From positions 35,204,388 to 35,268,387 of the forward strand of contig NC_092670.1 in assembly GCF_964355755.1 (NCBI RefSeq): a stretch of DNA of 64,000 nucleotides, written 5' to 3'. Source of the stretch: Antedon mediterranea. Taxonomy: Eukaryota; Animalia; Echinodermata. Below are positions 46,221 through 57,897 of this stretch, piece by piece. Position numbers and translations under genes: made by a program. The notes beneath the pieces are model-generated. The model saw only the letters and a list, made by a program, of their open reading frames with translations. It made no database searches and was not told the origin of the DNA. Position 1 is the first letter of the stretch. Every line of letters begins with the position of its first letter.

Positions 46221-49068
46221 AAACCGCTGTGATGTTGTTTTATGTTTATGATCCGTTCGTTATGATATTATAATTTTTTTAAATTATCATAACTTCGCTC
46301 GCGTACCATCTAGGTCGTGCCCACAGATGGTTCTCGAATACACAGTATTTTCCAGCGAGAAAAAAATGGAGATTTCAAATGTACGTACTGCAGGACTATA
46401 ATACATTGTCGTTTACAGAAACGAATAAATATACACGGTGATTTATGTAGTCAGCTAAAATTAGCACCCTGGGAATTACTTCCGAGAGAGAAACAAAATG
46501 AGTCAATTTTTTTTATTTGGACTCATTTAAACAAACCCAATTTGTGTTTTGTATGTAACATTAAGGGTTGAGGTATGGGGGAAGAAGATAGGTACAAAGA
46601 GGAAACATTTTAAAATATATTCTTATCCACTCAGTAACGAAATATTGTTTTTAATGTTTTATAGGCCTATAAATAATATACCACTAAATACAGTAAAACA
46701 TTTACGATTTAATACTTTGTTAAAACTCTCACTGTCATAGTCGATTGAAATAGTAAAGTACATGTAACGATACACCACTACGTACGTTTATATATTTTTA
46801 AATTATTAATTAATACAAACGTTGAGAAGCAACTGTCAGTAATAACGTTTATTTATTTGTATATTATATGTTTATAATCTAACAGTAGGGCCTACCCACA
46901 CTCACAGTAATAAAGTTTATTTGTATATTTGTTTATATTATATCTAACAGTACCAACACTCACAGTAAGAAATTTGCGATTCAAATTGCGATCAAAAGTG
47001 GTTAATACCTTAACAGTATTGTACAGCATTGCAATACTATTTATGTTTATTCTCCAAGGGGGCCCATAAATCTAAATCTATACCTCTATGGTTAAACCAA
47101 ATAATTTGGAATGTTCCATTCATCACAAATCAATACATTTGTAAAAACGTATATTACATGTATCAAAATAGCATTTTTTAAAGAAAATCGGCCTGTCTTC
47201 AACATTATGATGCTGTACTCGAACTGTTCAACCGGTTTTCAGCTATTAAAAACAATTATCGTAGGAGGAGATAGGAAAATGCGAAGTGTGTGTGCGGGTA
47301 TTTTTCAAATTGACATCCATTAGACAGTGTATACCACGATCGGAAAACACCCCTATTTGGGGCAAATCGTTGAACCTAAATTCGTTTTAATCGTCAATAA
47401 CTAATAATCGAACTCAATTTAATTAGTAAACAGGGTTACATCAGGTGGTTAAAATCAGTACCGAAAGTACGAACCAACTTTATATACCATCGAGTAAACA
47501 TTCTAGAAATAACGCGCGATTTACCGATTTTTGCCCTTACGTAAATTTATATATAGATAATCATGTGTAACATGACCACATAATCCTGGAAATAATTTAC
47601 GGGGATTTTTGTGTTCTATTTTTTTACTACTGTAACGAATGTTTAAGAGTTGAATGTACTGTAGATAATGTTTCATAATTTGGAAGATTGACTGCTATAT
47701 GTAATAGGAACGAATAGAATGAATGAAACAAATATAAAACATTCACAGTTTGTTCTTTGACACAGCTACTGGTAATTATGTCAACAAACCAAACAGTATA
47801 ACTAGCTTAGGCTATCATGTAGAAAGGCAGATTGGCGATACGAAAAATCGTCAAGCAATATTTAAACTGACTATCGTATATAGGCTAATTCTATTTACCC
47901 CAATTCCCATCTCCCACCAACGATTATGATGTCTTGTATATTCTTTCTCATTAATTAATAAAAATCATACAAACGGTCTAAGAATAATTTAAATGCTTTG
48001 GTCTAAATAGTACATATTGATGCTCTCTAAAATATCAGTTTCGACCGAGCGCCATTTTGAATGTTATTGTTTTTATTATGCTAAAGCCAACCAAAGACTT
48101 CTGCCGTTTTGTTTTCGTACGCCTGAAGAAACAATCTTATCGTCAAACATCATGTGACCCGCAATCGTCCAATCAAATGACAAGAATCTATTTAGGTTTG
48201 TTATAATCAAAATGATAAAATACACTTATAAAATGGTATTTATTTTTCAAAAGCATGTTTATTGAGCTTTATAATCAGAATATTTAAGCAAAATTTTACT
48301 TTAAATTTTTAGTTTAAATATCATAAAATAAAGACAATTAAAACTAAAAATGACACTACATTTACCAAATGTTTGTAATTGAAGAAACATGGTTGAAATA
48401 ACATTAAATATAATCAATCAATTTCTTCTAAAATACTGAGTTGTCCCATTAGCCCATCGTTTAGTATATATCGTCAATGTAATATAAACATTATATATCA
48501 TTGGTACTGTATACTTATATACTTCTATTGACTACCGTATTACAAAAACAACACATAATAAATACTGGCCGACGTCGCGGGAAATCGCCAAGCGACTATA
48601 ATATTTTAGATTGAATGCGCTGCATGACGTCATTCTCGACCTACTTTATATTACGTACGTATCCTAAAAATAAAATCTCGTAACTACTGTACATCTAACT
48701 ACTATCTACATTCTGGTGGGATTGTATTAATTAAAATTTTAATTAATTAATAAATAAGCAATAAGATAATTAAAACAACGTTGAGACAAATAAACATTTT
48801 CGTTCGCAATACATTTTTATTTTAGTTTCGTAGTTCTGGGTCAACCGTGGTTGTAAATAATTTATGTTTCCGCATACCTCTTGTTTTAAGGTGTCGATTG
48901 TGGTTTAATAATAAATATTAACAAAATAATATATACACCAGACGTATTGCATTATTTTGATTTTAAATGGCAATTTTTGCTTTTCTTTTAGATTTTGTTT
49001 ATTTTATTGATATTTTTATTTTGATCACTGCATGATCTTAAGAGCGTATTATTATAGTTTTTCTAGTA

Positions 49069-52000
49069 TTACTCTTCGCCGACGCCGATCATAACATCAA
49101 CGACCTCGTCTGTAAAGTCGTAGCCCGCTTCTTCCACCTCTCGTCTTCCACGAATAGACTGACTATCAGCGTACTGTGGGCATTGCTTTAACGCGAGCTT
49201 TGTACACTTTGACCCGCCGTTTCCAGGATCACAGACTACCGTTTTGCATCTTATGAACACCTAAACAAAAGGTAATAATATAATTAGTGCACTATATGTA
49301 TATTTTACAAGGAAAGAAAACAAGAGGAAACATTAAATCACTCGGAAATAATGCTAATAAACCTCGTCTACGTAATCGGTCTTTTCTAATGAGCAATTTA
49401 AACTCAATGTTGGACACAGACTTTCCGAATGGCTTCATGTGTGCTGTGAAAGACAGAGTGAAACGGACAAATCATCATAGTTACAAATAATTTTTGGATA
49501 AGTGACTGGGATAAATGTGGTTTTATGTATAGTGCAAAGTATTAAAAGATTATGAGATTCTCTAGCATGATAATTCTGCTATTCTGTTTTATATTATGGA
49601 ATTTTTACTTACATCTTCTGAAAGTCCGTAATATATAAATGCGAATGATCGTACGGAGAATTTTTTATCTGACTGGCTAGAAGAGGTTTCCATTTGCAAG
49701 GTTCGGTCGACTGGGCATCTGTTAAAAAAAAAAATTAAATCGATTAGAATCTGACATCAATATGTAAGTTACCTAGTTTCTTAAAAGATTGTTTTGTTTT
49801 ACTTTATCGTTTTGATTTAGCTTTTTGCTTATTTTATTTTATTTTATCTCTATTGAGATACAGCAACTTATGCATATTTAATTGGCATCTTGTTCAGTAA
49901 TTTATCTTTCTATGGATATAACAATATATTTTTAGTTACGTACCCATCTTCAATCAAAACATGTGGATTCACTTTGCAACCCGGAGGCTTGTTTCTTGGT
50001 ACGGCGAAGCAGTGTTCAATCTGCAGCTCTTTGTTCTTATTAAGACCCTCAATACTGAAGTAAAGACGCTTGTTCATCTTTACTGGCAATGGCAGTTTCT
50101 TCTTGTTAATCTCATTTCTGTAGTCGTCACCTTTGTACATCTTCATCATGGCTTTTAATTCAGATTTGCCGGTGACGGTGATGCCTTTGCGTGTGTCGTT
50201 TGGAGTGAATGAGACATCATAGTAGCCTAGCCCATTCTTAACTTCACATTCTACATTTATTCTGATTTTTCTCTGATCTCTTGTAATTTGTGATTTCTTT
50301 CCTCCATATGGTTTTGGGGCGTCTCGTACCTTGTTCTTGAAAACAAGACGTTTTGGCTTTGGTGACTAGAAAAAAGAATTACACAGATTGTAGGATCAAT
50401 GGAATAGAGGATTAATCCTAATATTACAAAAAAAGATGAGTTTTAAGTCATTTTTAAAAAGAGAATTGACAAACCTTACAATACATTTTTATATTGCACC
50501 CCATTCTCAGTACTTTTCCAGTATCACGAATATTCGGGGAATACAACATCACATTGTTTCACATATATCGCTTAGTATCATGCCAAAATTTAACCCTCAA
50601 CCTAACCCTACGTGATACAGGCACTACATGTGATAGAAAAGAGATATTACCAAATTTGCTACTGGGCAAATAGTATAGCATGTGGAGATACAGCGCTGAG
50701 AATCGGGTACGTAAATATATTGCTTTTACTATTCGCTAATGTAACAATAACATAGTAACTAGTGGATATACTGTACCTTCACTGGCAACTCTCTGGATCT
50801 GGTTCCACATTCATCAAAATCAGTAGTCATAATGTAATGAGTTGCATTATGGTTGGTTGCTCTGCATTTCTTGTCCCAAGCATCAATAAACCGTAATAGG
50901 TTTGGGTTCATATTGTTCACGTACAGTTTTGGGATGTATACAATCAATGACGATGGGCCACAGTCCACCGATGGAACAGGAATAGTCACTGTCGAGGAAA
51001 AACAATAGACTTAAGCGTGGTTCCCACTAGCGACGCAACGCAAGGACGTAACGCAACGCAAGTGAATTTACCAATCACAAACGATGGCTTATTCCCTTGT
51101 GATTGCTAACTGTCTATAACTTCGCTTGTCATTGGTTAAAACGCTCGCGTTGCGTTTACGTCCTTGCGTTACGTTCTAGTGGGAACCAAGCTTAATAGAG
51201 ATATACAGACGTTTGCGTTGCTTACCTTTCTGCAGGAAGTATGCTTGAAAATCACACGGAATACGACTGATACAGCTACTACCAATTTGACAGATATTGG
51301 ATGTTTAATCTTAAGATAGTATTGGCCATCTTGTGTGTTACTGTTCACTGAGCAACAGTTGAGTTGAAGAACGATTTCGTGAAGGAACTCGTTATATGGC
51401 TACCCAAATATGACTAATTTAAAAAGTAGTTTTACTTTTAACAGTTCTAATACTAGTTATACTTACTGGTTCTGAACAACCATTTCATTTTTGGTGTTAC
51501 GATAGGCGGGCACTCCATGCCACAAGCGTTCATGCACTCTACAAAACTGATACCAGCTTCTGGTTCCAAGGTGTACATATCGCCTGGGTTCAGTTTCATG
51601 TATGGATTAGGGAACCTGATTTTTGTGTTGTCTTTGGGGTCAACCTCGACTTGACTGTCATCCGACACGTCGATCTTCAGTACCACCTCACCACGAAGAT
51701 TATTGATGTTGATATATGTTGGTTTTTCAGGTCTTACAAACTAACAAAAATTTTGGAATGAAATGTGAAATTTCGTCATATAGAGACAGTGAATTCCGTT
51801 TGAATACAGTAGATCTTGGGGTTATTAAAGAAACTCTTTCCCATAAATTGAACTAAAGACAATGTTTTCACACTCTATTGCCAATCCCTATGGGGGCACC
51901 CATAGAAAGGGGACATGGCACTGTGTTGGATCCCGAAGGTATCCTAAATTGTACTACCATAAGTACAAGAACACTTATAGATGATGAAGATGATGATATA

Positions 52001-55000
52001 CGCGCAAAATTAGGTGGATCAAACAAAATAAAAGCACAAGAAGAACTACAGCGTAGAAGTTGTTTGCAAATAATAATAATGTTTTTAAACATGAAGTTGT
52101 CATTAATAGATTAGAGAATGATATGTTATTCTTACGGGCAAGTCAAATTTGATGCTGAAATATTTATCTTGATCTTCAACAGTCGACATTGGAGTGGGGA
52201 AAGATTGCTCCTTGATGATATTTGGGCCCGCTGGTGGATCACCAAAGCCCGGAGGAAACTTATCTGCAAGAAATGAAAAGCACGTTTTGTAATAGGTAGA
52301 AAATATATTGTAAACCACATTGTATGTTTAGTAGACGATGTGGGTATCCTACTCTCAGTGCTATTTCTGCACATACTGCAATATTTGTTCAGTATCATAG
52401 GAATATTTGGTAATAAAGATTATAATTGTTGTATTATGTAAGGTTAAGAGTTAGGTTATGGTATATGATACTAGAAGATACACCTGAAACATATGTGGTG
52501 TTATAATATTCTTGGAGACATCTTGATACAGCACCGATCAGGTGAGCCCAGAGGCCAAGTTAAGAATGCCTATGAACATAATAAGAGGTTCATAAAGGAA
52601 ACATGTTACTTACTTTTTACTAAAAGTGTCAAAGTTTCGTATGAACTGTAGAATCTGCAAAATAGGAATGATTATGTAGATACAGATAGAAACAAACCTC
52701 CAATAATCCATTTAAACAAACCTTGTAAAAACATACAGTAGGTGCTACAGTAGACCTTTATTACACTCGTTTCCTGAGTAATTTTCTCCTGAAGTTCAAG
52801 TGTTAATTACTAGTGTTATTAACTAGGTTTTTGTACAATACTACTTTTATGAACTAACTATTCAGAACGTAATTTTATAAAGTAACTCGAATATTTAATA
52901 TCTATAAGTCGTTTTATTTTATCTTATGAAATTGTGTATTTTTGTTGGAGTTCGCGATAGTGGTTAGCTTAAAGTCTCTCGTCGTCAGTTTCCACCTTGT
53001 TTTATATATCATTTAAATGATTACAATAAACTTACCCATCAGTATCGACAGAATGAAATAAAAGAAAATGTTTTCCGAGATCATTTTCTGTTGGTGTCCA
53101 GCTTACGGTCCTGCTTTGATAGTCTTCGTATTTAATTAGTTTTCCGATTTTAAATGCTGAGCTTGGACGTTCAATAACAAGAACTTTCAATCTAAAATAT
53201 CAGTAAAAGTTCCAAATATAAACACCTCATCAAATTAATTAACAAGTTTGCGTAAATTTGGATATCTTTCTAATCAATTCAATCTAATCTAATTCTTATC
53301 AATTTCTTTTTGTCCATTGAAGTATACTGCTTTTCTTCATGTTGCAACTATAGTAACTGGAAAAATTACGTTAGTTTTCGTTTGACTCTTATCTTTTTTT
53401 ATATCAAACTTTACTGATTACATATTTACTAAACTATTAAAACAACAATACATACTCAGCTTCACTATAAGCTTTTATCTCGTAACTCCAAGGTTCATTA
53501 GGTCTCAGAAGATGGCATCTTTGGAGATTATCACCAAAATCGAGCACTCTGCATTCGCCTTTGGATTCAACTCTGAGCAGAAACTGCAAAGGAACTCTTG
53601 AAAGTGCCCCATTGTCGAGTGAACCAGTGACACCGGGTCTAAAATCCTCAATTGTGATGGGAACAGCGTACCAACCAGCTTCCATTTCAGTTACAGGGAA
53701 TGTGTATCTACATCGATTCTAAACAAAATGAAATCAATCATTCATAATTATATTTCAGTATGAGGAAATTTTCTTTGTAAATCAAATAATATATATAATA
53801 TAATATTATATTGTTTATAAGCGACTTTGATAACTCCAGAGGGCGCCGCATTTAAAAGGTCAATCGGAACAAAAAGTGTCCATCTTGGCTAGCGCGATGA
53901 TGTCAATTTACATCCATCGCACTAGCCTAGATGGAACTTTTTGTTTGTTTTTTTTTGTTACAACATTGTACAGACTATGGATTATTATTCATACGGATGA
54001 TGTCCTACTGGTATTATAAAAATTAACAGTGTCCTATCTATTTAACAAATAAAAAACTGACTACAATGGAACGTATTACTTACTGCTTCTAAAAGTGAAT
54101 TTTCTACTGGAACACCGCACAACTTATTTCTTCCACATCTTCCTCTTGAGCATGCAACATCCGGGCATTCTTCCGGTTTAGTTGACCACCTACAACGGAT
54201 TTTATCATCATCTTGGTCAGAAACTAAATAGAATGTATACAAGAAATAGCAGATATATTATTATTAAGAAATTGGAACTTATAAACATTCAAAATAGGCA
54301 GCAACATTCTGCCAACTCCAATACAATGCAGTGATAGTAAAAGAAATTCAATTCAATTCAAAAAGACATTTATTTACGTCCAAAAGACAATACGTAAAAA
54401 TAACATTAATGAGAGATTGAGATTATTGATAAAAATTAATGGACGAATGCAGGATCCCATAAGATGAACATCTTGTGGCGGGACTGCATTGGCAAATTAA
54501 TAATTAATGATATTAAAAAATATAAAAAAGAACAATAAAAAAAAAAAAACAATAATAATTAATTAATTAAAAATAAAGAGTATACATTCTTCCCGGAACG
54601 ATGCTAGTAAACTTTACAGAACGCTAGAAAAGACGATAGTTCTCCGATAAAAAAAATCATCAATCAAGACAATGAAACAAACATATTCACACCTGGAATA
54701 TAAATAGAAACATCTCCACACTCTTTGACAACACTGATCATAGCCGGATGAGTAGTTTTAGGGGAAGAGTTTGGAATGGTCAAGTCAACCACGCTGACCA
54801 TTCGCCAGGCATTTCCAGCTCCTCCATAGTTTTTCAAAGTCGACATCCATTGACTGTTGAAATTGAACTCATTTGGCATTTCTGATTCCTGATAGCTGAA
54901 AAAAAAAAACAATGCAAATTTGTCACTGGAATATTTAATTGCAATGTGTATGCAAATAACTTTCCTCCTTAGGTATTAATATTGTATTTTCCCCCATATT

Positions 55001-56594
55001 CAATTTACAGCCAATTAGATTCCATACTGCAAGATTTGTATCTTTTACAAAAAAAGCCGAACAAAGTTACAAGATGTTCAAAGGTTGGATGGAGTCGAGC
55101 CCAGATTCCCTAGATTACTAGCTTATAGGTTTATTCTGGGTTCCAGACGGAGTTTTGACTATTAGTAAAAAGATAAATAGTTTGGCACATATGGCGTTTC
55201 AAACGTATACTACTTAAACATCGAAAAGCCTCGAAAAAACTACAGACTTGAGGCAAGTGTAGCTTAGGTTATACTGGTTTTACTTACGACAATGTGAATC
55301 GTTCCATTCCAGGCTCTGGCGTATAAAGAAATGATCCAATACCACTCGTCCAATTTTCTTCCTCGCTCCAGGAAGTACAATTGAGATCTACTTGTTTTCC
55401 ATATATCAATTTATTTTGGCACTCCATACACAATAACTGGCCTTCCCCCTCGACGTGAGGGCGTTCGTCTGTACAAAGAAACTTTTGCATACCTTCGTAA
55501 TTTCTCATCCAGTTTACTTTCCATGATATTTTAACCTACAGAAGATAATAAATATTGTTATGCTATTACATTTGCTACAAGAAATCTACTCATAATTTCA
55601 TAATATATTATTATATTTTGTATATCTGTAACAGCTAGTATTCTATTCTAAAATGATTAGTACATTCAAATAAAAATGACAATTCAAATATAGTATGAAT
55701 GTAAATATTATTATTGTTGTGTTTACTAGAACATTGTGAGAAGTGCCATATTCAACATATTCAATAACGAAATGTCAAAGTCATAAAGTTTTGACATTTC
55801 CGTTATTTACTGAAATGTATTTTTACTACGTTTTTATTACAATATTGAATCAATTTAACTCTTTGTAAAATGTATATACCATACATACAAAACCGAAAAT
55901 AAATTTATTATGTGTAAGTAGTTTATGACGTCGTCCAATTGTTTTTCCGGATATTTCGCCAACTATGATTGGCTAGCCATTCACCAATCAAAAGCTATTT
56001 ATCAAACTATTATTACGAAACACTGAAGCCAAAAATCCTGGCCATATTGTTCAATATTTTATCGGTTTCTTTTATCAGTTTCAATTAAATATCAATTGGG
56101 AAATGGCAAAATAGTGCTTAACATGGTTTAAATGTGTTCAGTCGTCATGAGGTTTATTGTTCACTGATACTAAAACGTCGGTGTCAATAATCTTCTGACA
56201 ACAAGCAACAACAACAATTTTAGCAAAACCCATTTGTACTTATTTACAATATATCTGACTTACAATACAATAGCATGAGGCATTATCGGACTCTCGTACT
56301 TGCAGTGAACACGAGGAGTAGGCCTACAAATCTTCCTCCATATTTTTATACCCGTTTATGATTTACGTCATACGTTAAATTAATCATGCATAGCGGATTG
56401 TAACTAGAGCCATCTGAGATACACGATATCTTAATAAACTCTTGTTTTATCAGAAATGTAAATAAAAAAAGCATAATTTGTGTTACCTTTCCACCAGCTC
56501 TTGGTTTCCAACTAAAAGAACCACCTCGGAAATGCTTGGCTTCTATCGTTATAAGTAATGCCAAAACGGCAGTGAAAATAGTAAGGCGTAACAT
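49069..56594 (-). CDS. Secreted ~830-aa protein: Sib/integrin beta-like N-terminus, Ig/cadherin-like repeats, C-terminal ZP module. Exons 56594-56487, 55535-55288, 54895-54693, 54223-54084, 53718-53456, 53191-53036, 52654-52614, 52263-52136, 51740-51467, 50988-50777, 50365-49944, 49718-49613, 49260-49069
   Basis: 13 phase-consistent GT-AG exons totalling 2493 nt. Signal peptide MLRLTIFTAVLALLITIEA, then KHFRGGSFSWKP. ZP-N: VDCGPSSLIVYIPK...C...DFDECGT...FKNKV...INVEC. ZP-C: LQIEHCFAVP...LIEDGCPVD...FSVRSFAF...VFIRCKTVVC. Furin-type site RGRR, short acidic tail, no transmembrane segment. Confidence 0.88.
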
Positions 56595-56760
56595 TCCAAT
56601 CTGCTTTAGGTAAACAAACAATAAACAATGCAACATCTTTTTAAAACAAACTTACAGTACTTCAACATTTATATTTTATACCAGTACGTATGGACTTTCA
56701 TTCGAAAACAATAAAGAACTAAGTAATTGTTATTTTATAGTTTTTCCCATTTTGACTTCT

Positions 56761-56866
56761 AAATTTCGATTAGTTTGGGTCTTCAAATAATTGCTAGCAT
56801 CATTTAAAGAAAAAATTTCGATTAGTTTGGGTCTTCAAATAATTGCAAGCATCATTTAAAGAAAAA
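56761..56866. repeat. ~53-bp tandem duplication in the 5' intron of the ZP gene
   Basis: aaatttcgattagtttgggtcttcaaataattgc(t/a)agcatcatttaaagaaa occurs twice head-to-tail. Confidence 0.85.
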
Positions 56867-57802
56867 AAGTATGCCTCAATTGAGGTCTGATGTATTTTAG
56901 TCTCAATCAGATTATTTTAAAAGTGCGTAACCAATCTTGTAGAGATAATTGATAGAAAATAAATATCCGAAATGACGTTTGAATAAGGCTTAAATAAATT
57001 CTGACCCAGATTTTTATCAAAGAAACAGAAAGTTTAATTTTGTTCTAACAAATTACCGAAAGCCTTTAAAATTATATTTTAGGAAGTGAAGAATACTGAT
57101 AAAACTATATCATGACCCAATCTTGTTGATGATTTTAGACATGTTTATTTCAATTTCTTTAATAGGCCTAATAATTATAGAAAAATGTATATGCCTATAT
57201 TTAGTAATACGGTAATTTGCAATTATAATAACTTTTTACTTGGATTTATAATATCTGTTATACTTTTACACTATTTTGAGATTTATAATTATTATATTTC
57301 AGAAGTATTAATGCCTAAACATTAAAATTTATTATTAAAATAAGTTAATCTCTGTCTACACTATCAAACTTTATGTGACAGACAATGGGTTTGGTTAAAA
57401 TTAACCGTTTCTTTTGTCTTTTTATAAGTTAAATAATTTTGTTTTTGTTTGTTTTTTGTTTTATAGAAGTGAATAACTTTATTAAAACTGCAAAATGGCC
57501 TATTTAAAGTCTGATTTATTAATCTTCAGTTTTTATGTTTGTTGTTGGGAAAATACAAATTAGTCCTACTATTTAAAATCATACGCTGCTTTTCAATTAA
57601 GAGAAAATGTATAAAGATTAACTTCGACAAATTTCTTCTTTAAACCTTTGTTAGAATGACATTTGTATTTAAATAAAGATACGATATAATGAATTATTAA
57701 ATTCAGTCGTTTAAAAGTAAGCAATGTGCTACTTATCAGAGGGCCCCTTGATTGTCAGCATATAAATAAGGTTGAATAAAAAAAACTATAAAAAAAAACT
57801 TA

Positions 57803-57897
57803 CCAAACAATGCAATTATCCAAATGTTATCAAAGTATGTTGGTGGAAATCGGTTGATACTAACTAAAACTTTGTAAAGTCCATTCTTTTATATAAG
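57803..57897 (-). promoter_or_regulatory. Probable non-coding first exon and TATA box of the ZP gene
   Basis: Minus-strand TATATAAAAG at ~57886-57895, donor G|GTAAGT at ~57803, and an acceptor AG at 56601-56602 just upstream of the ATG at 56594. Confidence 0.55.
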
